Assembly (NCBI GenBank): GCA_964524015.1
Contig: CAZGBN010000012.1
Location: 7,478 to 71,477, forward strand
DNA from: an uncultured Mucilaginibacter sp.
GTDB taxonomy: Bacteria > Bacteroidota > Bacteroidia > Sphingobacteriales > Sphingobacteriaceae
Reading direction: 5' to 3'
Length of the DNA: 64,000 bases
This document shows, in pieces, positions 49,112 through 58,255 of this stretch. The notes beneath the pieces are model-generated. The model searched no databases, was not told where the DNA came from, and saw only the letters and a list, made by a program, of their open reading frames with translations. Each line of letters opens with the position of its first letter. Position 1 is the stretch's first letter. The position numbers and the translations under genes are program-made.

Positions 49112-50581
49112 ATGACAGTTCTCACAGGAGAAATAGGCGAAAAGTATGAGTTAGTTGTAGGGTTAGAGGTTCACGCGCAACTATCAACTTCAAGCAAAAT
49201 GTTTTCTTCAGATTCGGCTGCCTTTGGTGCCGAAGCTAACCACCATATTAGTGCCATATCATTAGGTCACCCGGGTACTTTGCCGCGCATTAACAAAACA
49301 GCGGTGGAGTATGCAGTTAAGTTGGGTTTGGCTTGTAACTGCACTATAAACCTTAATAATACCTTTGCCCGTAAAAACTATTTCTACGCCGATCTGCCTA
49401 AGGGTTACCAAATAACGCAGGATCATGCGCCGGTATGTTTGGGCGGTGGCATTACTGTGAAGTTGGCTGATGGTTCTGAAAAGCAACTGGCTATACATCA
49501 TATCCACATGGAAGAGGATGCAGGTAAAAGCATGCATGATAACCATCATGAAGATTCATTGATAGATCTGAACAGGGCAGGAGTACCTTTACTGGAGATT
49601 GTATCTGAACCGGATATGCGCAGTGCGGAAGAAGCCGGACAGTTTTTAACCGAGATACGAAAAACCCTGCGTTACCTTGATATTTGCGATGGCAATATGG
49701 AGGAAGGCAGCATGCGATGCGATGCCAATATTTCTGTACGCCTTAAAGGGGCAACTGAATATGGTAACCGCTGCGAGGTGAAGAATTTAAACTCTATTCG
49801 TAACGTTCAACGAGCTATTGAGCATGAATTTATACGCCAGGTAAATGTTATTGAGGCAGGCGGCCATATCGATCAAAATACACTTAATTTTAATGCTGAT
49901 ACCGGCGAAACATCAGTTTTACGCTCTAAAGAAATGGCTAATGATTACCGCTATTTCCCTGAGCCTGACTTGATGCCTATTGCTTTGGATGATGCTTATG
50001 TAAATAGAGTTAAGCAAACCATGCCGGCATTACCGCTTGAGTTGTATAAAAAATATACCAACCAGTTAGGTTTATCTGAATATGATGCAGGAGTAATTAC
50101 TGCTGATAAAGAACTGGCCCTGTTTTTTGAAGAGTTGATAAAACATACCGATAACCATAAAGCAGCTGTGCATTTGTTGATGGGGCCTGTTAAATCGTAC
50201 TTAAACGAACATTCGGCACACATTAGCGATATCAATTTACAGCCTAAGGCTTTAGCAGGTTTAATAAAACTGGTTGATGATGGTTTGGTTAACAACACGG
50301 TAGCCTCACATAAATTATTCCCGGCGCTGTTAAGATCGCCCGAAAAAACTGCTGAAGCATTAGCAGGCGAATTAAATCTGTTGATCACTACTGATAATAA
50401 TGATGTTAGCCAATACATTAATGATGCTATTGCCAAGTTCCCGGATAAGGTAAAGGAATACCAGAAAGGTAAAAAAGGCGTTTTAGGCTTGTTTATGGGC
50501 GAGATCATGAAAAGTTCAAAAGGTAAGATTGACCCACAAAAAACTAACCAGCTGTTAATAAAAGAATTAGAATCAAGATAA
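49112..50581 (+). CDS. gatB: Asp/Glu-tRNA amidotransferase subunit B
   Basis: GLEVHAQL, RKNYFYADLPKGYQI, DLNRAGVPL, DYRYFPEPD. Confidence 0.97.
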   Translation: MTVLTGEIGEKYELVVGLEVHAQLSTSSKMFSSDSAAFGAEANHHISAISLGHPGTLPRINKTAVEYAVKLGLACNCTINLNNTFARKNYFYADLPKGYQITQDHAPVCLGGGITVKLADGSEKQLAIHHIHMEEDAGKSMHDNHHEDSLIDLNRAGVPLLEIVSEPDMRSAEEAGQFLTEIRKTLRYLDICDGNMEEGSMRCDANISVRLKGATEYGNRCEVKNLNSIRNVQRAIEHEFIRQVNVIEAGGHIDQNTLNFNADTGETSVLRSKEMANDYRYFPEPDLMPIALDDAYVNRVKQTMPALPLELYKKYTNQLGLSEYDAGVITADKELALFFEELIKHTDNHKAAVHLLMGPVKSYLNEHSAHISDINLQPKALAGLIKLVDDGLVNNTVASHKLFPALLRSPEKTAEALAGELNLLITTDNNDVSQYINDAIAKFPDKVKEYQKGKKGVLGLFMGEIMKSSKGKIDPQKTNQLLIKELESR

Positions 50582-50619
50582 GTAGTTATCGGATATCTTT
50601 ACTTATTAAATCAATTAAA

Positions 50620-51744
50620 ATGAAAAACCGTTTTGCTGCCTGCGCATTTATAGCCCTGTCTGTTTTTTTATTTGCCTGTAAGGATAAAGGAACGTTTACT
50701 ATATCTGGCACCATTAAAAATCCGGAAGCTATTAAAAATATTTATTTATTAGCGGCAGATAGCACCAGCGTTAATGTAGTTGACTCAACCACATTAAACG
50801 ATGGCAAATTTGAATTTAGGCACAAGACGCCTTATGCCAATTTATATAAACTACGTATAGGCGGGGCGATATTTGATATCATCGCTCAAAATGGTGAAAA
50901 GATTGACTTTACTACCGATTTAAAGGATGACAAGCATACTTATACTATTTCAGGATCAGCCGAATCTGAAAAAATACAGGAGTTTAATAAAATAAGCAAC
51001 GTATTTAGTGAGCAGTACACCCAGGTAACTAACGATTACCAGGCAAGGGCAGAAGCGATAGGTCGGGAGTCAGATTCTTTAATGAATGTTTTTCAGCCCC
51101 GTATCCGAAAAATATCCGAAGATAATAACCGCGCTATTTTAAAATTTGTTAACGATAATAAAACCTCATTAGCAGCATTTTACGCCATGACATCAGTTAC
51201 ACCTCCCGAAAATTACGAGCAGGAAATGATCAAATACGCTGAAGATATTAAAGGCAATTTTACCGATAATCCGGGTGTAAGACGTTTTATCAATCAAATG
51301 GAGTACATGAAAGTAGTGGCTGTAGGACACAAAGCCCCTGATTTCATTATAGGCGGAATTGATGGTAAGCCGGTAAAACTGGCTGACTATAAAGGCAAAT
51401 ACGTAATGCTTGATTTTTGGGCATCATGGTGCGCACCTTGCCGCCAGGAAAATCCAAATGTGGTAAAACAATATGCCATTTATCATCCTAAAGGTTTTAA
51501 TATTATTGGTATATCATTAGATACCGATAAAGCCAGCTGGCAAAAAGCGATTAATGATGATAAATTAACATGGGCACATGGATCAAATTTGATGAAATTT
51601 GACGGCCCTACAGAACGCGACTATCGTATTGAAGCTATACCTATGAATTATATTATTGATCCACAAGGTATTATTGTCGCAAAAAATTTAAGGGGTCCCC
51701 AACTTGAAGATTTTTTAAAGAAAACATTTACCAACTCTAAATAA
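50620..51744 (+). CDS. TlpA-type thiol-disulfide oxidoreductase lipoprotein (DUF4369 + AhpC/TSA)
   Basis: Lipobox LFAC; DFWASWCAPCR. Confidence 0.9.
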   Translation: MKNRFAACAFIALSVFLFACKDKGTFTISGTIKNPEAIKNIYLLAADSTSVNVVDSTTLNDGKFEFRHKTPYANLYKLRIGGAIFDIIAQNGEKIDFTTDLKDDKHTYTISGSAESEKIQEFNKISNVFSEQYTQVTNDYQARAEAIGRESDSLMNVFQPRIRKISEDNNRAILKFVNDNKTSLAAFYAMTSVTPPENYEQEMIKYAEDIKGNFTDNPGVRRFINQMEYMKVVAVGHKAPDFIIGGIDGKPVKLADYKGKYVMLDFWASWCAPCRQENPNVVKQYAIYHPKGFNIIGISLDTDKASWQKAINDDKLTWAHGSNLMKFDGPTERDYRIEAIPMNYIIDPQGIIVAKNLRGPQLEDFLKKTFTNSK

Positions 51745-51765
51745 ACTGTTAAAATAAAGTGACTA

Positions 51766-51798
51766 TTAACAATTTGTTAATATTAACTTAACTGTTTA
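51766..51798 (+). promoter_or_regulatory. Candidate OmpR/PhoB-type binding site (11-bp-period TTAA direct repeats)
   Basis: TTAACAATTTG TTAATATTAAC TTAACTGTTTA upstream of the response regulator. Confidence 0.45.
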
Positions 51799-51837
51799 CT
51801 TCATTTAATCGGCTACTTTTATGCAAAATTAAAAGCG

Positions 51838-52527
51838 ATGAGCAACACTGTTAAACAAAAAATATTAATTGTTGACGATGAGCCGGATATTTTGGAGCTG
51901 ATTGAGTACAACTTAAAAAAAGAAGGCTACCAGGTATTTTTAGCACGTAACGGACAAGAAGCAGTAACCGAAGCTAAAAGATCACTCCCAGATCTGATAG
52001 TATTAGATATAATGATGCCTAAGATGGATGGGATAGAGGCTTGCCGTATTATGCGCACCATGCCCGAGTTTAAAAATACTTTTATGGTGTTTTTAACTGC
52101 CCGCAGTGAAGAATATTCAGAAATTGCAGGATTTAATGTAGGTGCAGATGATTATATAGCTAAACCTATTAAGCCCCGCGCCTTGGTTAGCCGAATAAAC
52201 GCTATACTGCGCAGAAACGCGCCAGCCGAAGATTTTACTGATAACAAACTGGAAATTGGTGATTTGGTAATTGACCGCGAGGCGTACCTGGTTTATAAAG
52301 CAGGTGTTAAGGTAGTATTAGCAAAAAAAGAATTTGAATTATTATATCTGCTGGCATCAAAACCCGGCAAAGTATATACCCGCGAGGTGATACTAAAAAA
52401 TATTTGGGAAGACTCTGTAGTAGTTACCAATCGTACCATTGATGTACACGTACGTAAACTCCGCGAAAAACTGGGAGATGATTGCGTGTCGACCGTAAAA
52501 GGGGTAGGCTATAAGTTTGAGGCATAA
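51838..52527 (+). CDS. OmpR/PhoB family response regulator
   Basis: IVDDE, LDIMMP, GADDYIAKP, RTIDVHVRKLR, GVGYK. Confidence 0.95.
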   Translation: MSNTVKQKILIVDDEPDILELIEYNLKKEGYQVFLARNGQEAVTEAKRSLPDLIVLDIMMPKMDGIEACRIMRTMPEFKNTFMVFLTARSEEYSEIAGFNVGADDYIAKPIKPRALVSRINAILRRNAPAEDFTDNKLEIGDLVIDREAYLVYKAGVKVVLAKKEFELLYLLASKPGKVYTREVILKNIWEDSVVVTNRTIDVHVRKLREKLGDDCVSTVKGVGYKFEA

Positions 52528-52567
52528 ACAAAAGAGGCGGTAATTTTTACCGCCTCTTTTGTTTATG
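52523..52567. terminator. Bidirectional terminator with long perfect stem
   Basis: CATAAACAAAAGAGGCGGTAA-ttt-TTACCGCCTCTTTTGTTTATG. Confidence 0.85.
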
Positions 52568-52589
52568 TTGATTTATTACTTGGCAGCTG

Positions 52590-53039
52590 CTACTTTTTTC
52601 TTAGCGCTGGTAGATTTGCTTTAACAGCAGATGATTTAGCAGCAACAGCTTGCTTGGCACTTGCTACATCTTTTTTAGCATTAGCTGTAACTGCTTTTGC
52701 TTTTGTAGCCGCTTTGGCTTTTACATCAGCAACTTCTTTTTTAGCTTTAGCAGTTACCACTTTAACTTTGGTATCAGCTTTTGCTTTTACATTTGCTGCG
52801 GCAGTTTTAGCTTTGGTTATAGTTGCTTTAACTTTTGCTGGTGCAGCTTTTTTAGTAGCGGTAGTTTTCTTTGCCGGTACTGATTTTTTTAGCGCTTCAA
52901 TTTTTTCTTCTACAACATTTTTAATGTCGTCTTTAACATCTTCTGCAGTATCTTTTGTACCATCCCAAAATTCTTCAATAGTTTCTTTTACCTTTTCAAA
53001 AAATCCTTTTTCGTCAGGTTGGGTAGATTTTGTTACCAT
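52590..53039 (-). CDS. Lys/Ala-rich histone-H1-like protein with acidic N-terminus
   Basis: Repeats like AKAKKEVADVKAKAATKAKAVTA; acidic first 50 aa. Confidence 0.65.
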   Translation of the reverse strand: MVTKSTQPDEKGFFEKVKETIEEFWDGTKDTAEDVKDDIKNVVEEKIEALKKSVPAKKTTATKKAAPAKVKATITKAKTAAANVKAKADTKVKVVTAKAKKEVADVKAKAATKAKAVTANAKKDVASAKQAVAAKSSAVKANLPALRKK

Positions 53040-53136
53040 ATTAATTGTTTTTTATAGTTAGATATGTTTTAAATACAATAACTGTTCCAACTAAAGTTTG
53101 TTTTAATAACGTATTTTTGCAGGCTATAACGCATAC

Positions 53137-53856
53137 ATGAAAGTTCCAAAATTTACCGACCTTATATTATTTGAAGATGATGACATCATCGTTGTAAACA
53201 AACCTGCCTTTATAAGTACGCTTGATGAGCGCGAGGGCAGCGAGATCAATATGTTAAGGATGGCCAAAAATTACAGTGATGACGCCCAGATATCCCACCG
53301 TTTGGATAAGGAAACATCAGGGGCATTGATCATCGCTAAAAATCCGGAGGCTTACCGCCTGGTATCTATGCAGTTTGAAAAACGTCAGGTTAAAAAAGTA
53401 TATCATGCCGTTATTGAGGGTACACATGTTTTTGATAACCTGTTAATAGATCTGCCTATTTTAAACGTAGGCAAAGGCAATGTGACCATAAGCCGTCAGG
53501 AAGGTAAACGCGCCGAAACCTGGTTTCAGTCTTTAAAATACTTTAAGCATTATACATTGGTAGAATGCCGACCTGTAACCGGACGTATGCACCAAATACG
53601 CATCCATTTAGCCACTCAGCGGGCCTCAATTGCCGGAGATGAGATGTACAAGGGTAAACCCGTTTTCTTGTCGGATATCAAGCGAAAATACCATTTAGGC
53701 AAAGATCAGGAGGAGCTGCCTATTATGAAACGCTTTGCCCTGCATGCTTATGAAGTAACTTTTAAAATAATGGATGGCAAAGAGGTAACTATTCACGCAC
53801 CATATCCTAAAGATTTTGAAACACTTTTAAAGTTGTTGGATAAGTTTGATAGTTAA
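53137..53856 (+). CDS. RluA family pseudouridine synthase
   Basis: VNKP, HRLDKETSG, TGRMHQIRIH, LHA. Confidence 0.94.
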   Translation: MKVPKFTDLILFEDDDIIVVNKPAFISTLDEREGSEINMLRMAKNYSDDAQISHRLDKETSGALIIAKNPEAYRLVSMQFEKRQVKKVYHAVIEGTHVFDNLLIDLPILNVGKGNVTISRQEGKRAETWFQSLKYFKHYTLVECRPVTGRMHQIRIHLATQRASIAGDEMYKGKPVFLSDIKRKYHLGKDQEELPIMKRFALHAYEVTFKIMDGKEVTIHAPYPKDFETLLKLLDKFDS

Positions 53857-53923
53857 GTTGCAGTTTAGTAAGTAGTTCCAGTTAAGTTAAATATTGCTTA
53901 CTGCAAACTCAAAACTGCCAACT
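53856..53923. repeat. Degenerate inverted 7-bp-period arrays (ACTGCAA-type)
   Basis: AGTTGCAGT..AGTTCCAGT ... ACTGCAA ACTCAAA ACTGCCA ACT between convergent stops. Confidence 0.55.
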
Positions 53924-54326
53924 ATCTAATCATCACTCCCGGTTTATTCACCACAGGTAATTTGATAAAGTTAGCATCCACAATACTTTCAGGCAGGAAG
54001 ATGAATTTTTTATCATATATCTGCGTGCCGATGTAGTAACTCAACCAATATTCATTGTTTAGCCCAAAGGTTTCTTCGGCTATAGGTTCAATTATTTTAA
54101 AGGTCCCCGGTTCAACCAATGGGAACATGTGGCGTAGGGTAGAGGTCTTCACCTGCTCGCCATCTTTTTCACCATAACCTTTTGAGGTTATCAGTACATT
54201 CTCAATAGGTTCTTTTTTAAGGTTGATCAAATAAACATACCAGGTTTTATGCTCCGCGTTCTCTTTCTCTAAAGCAACGGCAATAGCAATATCCTGTACA
54301 TTATTTTCGGGGAGATCTTTTATCAT
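53922..54326 (-). CDS. Conserved Bacteroidota hypothetical protein
   Basis: WYVYLIN, SKGYG, KTSTLRH, NEYW, YDKKFIF. Confidence 0.8.
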   Translation of the reverse strand: MIKDLPENNVQDIAIAVALEKENAEHKTWYVYLINLKKEPIENVLITSKGYGEKDGEQVKTSTLRHMFPLVEPGTFKIIEPIAEETFGLNNEYWLSYYIGTQIYDKKFIFLPESIVDANFIKLPVVNKPGVMIR

Positions 54327-54335
54327 ATTATAGTT

Positions 54336-54397
54336 GTTGTAAGTTGTGTGTTATAGGTTGTATGAGACTTACAACACACAAACTTACAACCTTCAAC
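54336..54397. repeat. Inverted pair of 7-bp-period arrays (GTTGTAA-type)
   Basis: GTTGTAA GTTGTGT GTTATAG GTTGTAT ... TTACAAC ACACAAAC TTACAAC CTTCAAC. Confidence 0.8.
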
Positions 54398-54401
54398 CAA
54401 T

Positions 54402-56741
54402 CTACTTTTTCTTAGCAAATTTTTTACCACCCTTTTTAGGTGCTTTGGCATCCGCGTCAGCCAGGGCCTTACATTCAGCAAAAGTTAAGGTAAGTGGGTC
54501 TTTGTCTTTGGGTATTTTAACGTTCTGCTTGCCAAATTCAATATACGGTCCCCATCGTCCGTTTAATACTTTAACGGTTGGATCTTCATCAAATGCTTTA
54601 ATTAGTTTTTCCGCATCTTTTTTACGTTTGGCTTCTATCAATTCAATGGCCTGTTCTTCGGTAACGTCAAGTGGGTCTATCTCTTTGGGTAACGATACAA
54701 ATGCGCTGTTGTGGCTTATGTATGGGCCAAATCTGCCGATAGCAACTTTCATAGCTTTGCCTTCATACTCGCCTACAACTTTGGGTAGTTTAAACAGTTC
54801 CAGCGCTTCTTCTAAAGTAATGGTTTCAATGCTTTGGCCGGTACGAAGGCTGGCATATAATGGTTTATAATCCTTATTGTCGTCGCTGGCATTCTCTCCA
54901 ACCTGCACAAACGGGCCGTAACGGCCAATACGTACCGATACTTTTTCTCCTTTTTCGGGATGGATACCCAAGTCGCGTTCGCCGGTAGCTTTAGTTGCTG
55001 TTTCAATGGTGCTTTGCACATCATTATGAAATGGCTTATAAAAGTCGTGAAGCATTTTTGTCCATTCTTGTAAGCCTTGTGCTATCTCGTCAAATTGTTT
55101 CTCAACCGTAGCAGTAAAATGGAAATCGACAATGCCGTTAAAGTGTTGCACCAGGAAATCGTTTACCACTGCACCAATATCCGTAGGGAAAAGCTTATTT
55201 CGCTCTGCACCTGTATTTTCGGTACGTTCTTCTTTAGAAACGCTTCCGCTTTTTAAAGTTAACACACGAAATTTGCGCTGCTTACCTTCGCGTTCCTCTT
55301 TAACCACATAACCACGGTTTTGTATGGTAGATATGGTAGGAGCGTAGGTTGATGGACGACCTATACCTAACTCCTCTAATTTCTTAACCAAACTGGCTTC
55401 CGTATATCTTGAAGGTGGGCGGGAAAAGCGTTCGGTAGCCAACATTTCCTGCAATTCTAATAGCTGATCTTTAGTCAACGGTGGCAGCATTGCGTTTTCA
55501 CCATCCTGTGTGGTGTCTTCCTCTTCGTCGTCTGATTCCAGGTAAACTTTCAGAAAGCCATCAAATTTCATTACCTCGCCATTAGCCACTAACTGCTCTT
55601 TGCGGGTTGATATGCTGATCTTTGCGGTAGTCTTTTCAAACTGTGCTTCACTCATTTGCGAAGCTATGGCACGTTTCCATATCAATTCATACAGGCGTTT
55701 ATCGCCAGCATCACCGTCAATAGTATGCGCGTTAAAGTAGGTTGGCCTTATAGCTTCGTGAGCCTCTTGCGCGCCAGCACTTTTGGTTTTATATTTTCTT
55801 TGCAGATGATATTTATCGCCGTAGGCAGATATAATTTCCTTTGCAGCAGCATCTAATGCGGTATCAGATAAATTAACCGAATCGGTACGCATATAGGTAA
55901 TATGTCCCGATTCATATAGTTTTTGTGCAACCGACATGGTACGAGAAACCGAATAACCTAATTTACGACTAGCTTCTTGTTGCAGCGTAGATGTAGTAAA
56001 CGGAGCAGCAGGTGAGCGTTTAGCAGGTTTGGTTTCTAATGAACTAACATTAAATGCAGCATCTATGCAATCGTTTAAAAATTTCTCTGCATCTTCCTGT
56101 TTAGTAAAACGTTCAGGCAATTCTGCTTTAAAAGCTTGTTTGCCCTTGCCAAATATGGCGGTTATTTTAAATGCGGCTTCTGATTTGAATTTATTGATCT
56201 CACGTTCGCGGTCAACTATCAGCCTAACAGCTACTGATTGTACACGGCCTGCCGAAAGTGATGGTTTAACCTTTTTCCATAAAACCGGTGAAAGTTCAAA
56301 ACCCACTAATCTATCTAAAACCCGGCGTGCCTGTTGGGCATTTACCAGGTTGTAATCTATTTTACGCGGATTTTCAATTGCTTTCATGATAGCCGGTTTG
56401 GTGATCTCATGAAAAACAATTCGACGGGTATTTTCTTCTTTTAAATTAAGCGTATCAAATAAATGCCATGAAATAGCTTCTCCCTCGCGGTCCTCATCGG
56501 ACGCTAGCCATACAGTGTCTGCTTCTTTAGCTAATTTTTTTAATTCACTTACTATCTGTTTTTTATCGGCAGGTACTTCATATTTCTGTTCAAAGTTATG
56601 AGCTATATCAATAGCATCTTCAGACTTAACCAGGTCGCGGATATGGCCGTAGCTCGACTTTACAGTAAAGTCTTTACCTAAGTATCCTTCGATGGTTTTG
56701 GCTTTCGCCGGAGATTCTACTATTAGTAAGTTTTTAGCCAT
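54402..56741 (-). CDS. topA: DNA topoisomerase I
   Basis: IVESPAKAK, DEDREGE, SAGRVQS, ITYMRTDS, QEAHEAIRP, GIGRPSTY. Confidence 0.98.
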   Translation of the reverse strand: MAKNLLIVESPAKAKTIEGYLGKDFTVKSSYGHIRDLVKSEDAIDIAHNFEQKYEVPADKKQIVSELKKLAKEADTVWLASDEDREGEAISWHLFDTLNLKEENTRRIVFHEITKPAIMKAIENPRKIDYNLVNAQQARRVLDRLVGFELSPVLWKKVKPSLSAGRVQSVAVRLIVDREREINKFKSEAAFKITAIFGKGKQAFKAELPERFTKQEDAEKFLNDCIDAAFNVSSLETKPAKRSPAAPFTTSTLQQEASRKLGYSVSRTMSVAQKLYESGHITYMRTDSVNLSDTALDAAAKEIISAYGDKYHLQRKYKTKSAGAQEAHEAIRPTYFNAHTIDGDAGDKRLYELIWKRAIASQMSEAQFEKTTAKISISTRKEQLVANGEVMKFDGFLKVYLESDDEEEDTTQDGENAMLPPLTKDQLLELQEMLATERFSRPPSRYTEASLVKKLEELGIGRPSTYAPTISTIQNRGYVVKEEREGKQRKFRVLTLKSGSVSKEERTENTGAERNKLFPTDIGAVVNDFLVQHFNGIVDFHFTATVEKQFDEIAQGLQEWTKMLHDFYKPFHNDVQSTIETATKATGERDLGIHPEKGEKVSVRIGRYGPFVQVGENASDDNKDYKPLYASLRTGQSIETITLEEALELFKLPKVVGEYEGKAMKVAIGRFGPYISHNSAFVSLPKEIDPLDVTEEQAIELIEAKRKKDAEKLIKAFDEDPTVKVLNGRWGPYIEFGKQNVKIPKDKDPLTLTFAECKALADADAKAPKKGGKKFAKKK

Positions 56742-56850
56742 TTAAACAGTATTTTTTTGCAAATAAAACATAAAGTAAGCGAAACGCAAACTTTTGCAAT
56801 AGGTTTAATTTATTGATTGAGTTAATTAAGAGAGTAGTTAAGGGTCAACT

Positions 56851-57939
56851 TTACATTAAGAACCCACCACCTAAAAGATCGCTTCCTTCATAAAATACAG
56901 CAGATTGGCCAGGTGCTATTCCTGATACATTGTGGTGGAAATCAACCTGCATATGCTCGCCCATTTGTACTATGGTGCTTTGGGTGCCCGCATCTTTATA
57001 ACGTATTTTGGTAATTGCTTCTAATGGTTCGGTTATAGTTTCGTACTTAATCAGGTTAAGGTTACGTACCCAGGCTTGTTTGCGTTCCAGTTCTTCAACC
57101 GTGCCTAATACAACGGTATTGGTATCAGGTAATATTTGCGTAACAAACATAGGGTGACCAAAAGCTACGCCCAATCCTTTGCGCTGACCGATGGTATAAA
57201 AAGGGTATCCCTGGTGTTTGCCTACTATGGTGCCATCTGTTAAAACAAAATTGCCCCCGGCAACACGTTCTTCCAAATCGCCTACTTTATGCCTTAAAAA
57301 CGATCTGTAGTCGTTATCAGGTACAAAGCATATCTCGTAACTTTCACTTTTTCCGGCTAATTCTATTTCGCCCATTTCCATAGCCATTTGGCGTATTTCA
57401 GGTTTGCTAAAAGCGCCTAACGGAAATTTAGTACGGGCCAAATTTTGTTGCGACACCCCCCAAAGTACATAAGATTGGTCTTTATGTTCATCTTTTCCTT
57501 TAGATATCACATATCTGCCGCTGTCTTGCTGACGTATGTTGGCATAGTGTCCGGTCGCGATAAATTCGCAATCCAGTTTATCAGCACGTTTTAATAAAGC
57601 TTCCCATTTGATGTGGGTGTTGCATAATACGCATGGGTTAGGAGTGCGGCCAGCTAAATATTCATCAACAAAGTTATCTATTACAAAATCGCCAAATTCG
57701 CTGCGGATATCCAATATGTAGTGAGGGAAACCATAGCCAACAGCTAAAGCACGTGCATCATTAATGCTATCCAAACTGCAGCAACCGGTTTCTTTCGAGC
57801 TTCCGCCTGACGAAGCATAGTCCCAGGTTTTCATGGTAAGGCCAATAACTTCATAGCCCTGCTCATGCAACATTACTGCCGCAACAGAACTATCAACTCC
57901 GCCACTCATCGCCACTAAAATCCTACCGTGCTTGCTCAT
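56851..57939 (-). CDS. mnmA: tRNA 2-thiouridine(34) synthase
   Basis: AMSGGVDSS, TPNPCVLCN, ATGHY, KDQSY, TIGQRKG, PGQSAVFY. Confidence 0.97.
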   Translation of the reverse strand: MSKHGRILVAMSGGVDSSVAAVMLHEQGYEVIGLTMKTWDYASSGGSSKETGCCSLDSINDARALAVGYGFPHYILDIRSEFGDFVIDNFVDEYLAGRTPNPCVLCNTHIKWEALLKRADKLDCEFIATGHYANIRQQDSGRYVISKGKDEHKDQSYVLWGVSQQNLARTKFPLGAFSKPEIRQMAMEMGEIELAGKSESYEICFVPDNDYRSFLRHKVGDLEERVAGGNFVLTDGTIVGKHQGYPFYTIGQRKGLGVAFGHPMFVTQILPDTNTVVLGTVEELERKQAWVRNLNLIKYETITEPLEAITKIRYKDAGTQSTIVQMGEHMQVDFHHNVSGIAPGQSAVFYEGSDLLGGGFLM

Positions 57940-58010
57940 ATATTTTGCAAAGATACTTTTTTGATTTTTATGCTGATGATTTGTTGGTCAAAGGATAGTA
58001 ATAATATGGT

Positions 58011-58158
58011 TGGGCTAAAGCCAATATACTATATCTTCTTTTATTCGTTGGTTGAAACCAACGGCAATGAAATTATTAATACTGTCAATTCGGTATGGAT
58101 TCATTGCCGTCCCATTTATGGGACGGATTTAAAGTTATATAGGGGTGGCTTTAGCCAA
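58011..58158. repeat. Composite inverted hairpin element (REPIN/MITE-like)
   Basis: GGCTAAAGCC..CGTTGGTT-ga-AACCAACG-GCAATGAA // TTCATTG-CCGTCCCAT-tt-ATGGGACGG..GGCTTTAGCC. Confidence 0.7.
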
Positions 58159-58255
58159 ATTGTATCAATTAATGGGTTGATGGGAATTTTACTTAAAAGA
58201 AATTCATACTATATACCAACAAATTATGATGGTTATCTAAATATATAATACAAGT

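Noticed and set aside
49112-50581. gatB without gatA/gatC
   Set aside because: Dispersed gat genes are usual in Bacteroidota; nothing can be concluded from one window
52650-53061. Hydrophobic plus-strand ORFs resembling membrane proteins
   Set aside because: Antisense of the Lys/Ala-rich gene; GCT/AAA codons read as Ala/Phe/Leu on the other strand
54346-54870. 174-aa plus ORF with TYN repeats
   Set aside because: Translation of the GTTGTAA array plus antisense topA
56811-56845. Possible additional periodic array (TTGATTGAGTTAATTAAGAGAGTAGTTAA)
   Set aside because: Too degenerate to define a unit or an inverse arm
57928-58248. 106-aa plus ORF between mnmA and the aldehyde dehydrogenase
   Set aside because: Overlaps the mnmA start and promoter and runs through the palindromic element; no protein-like features
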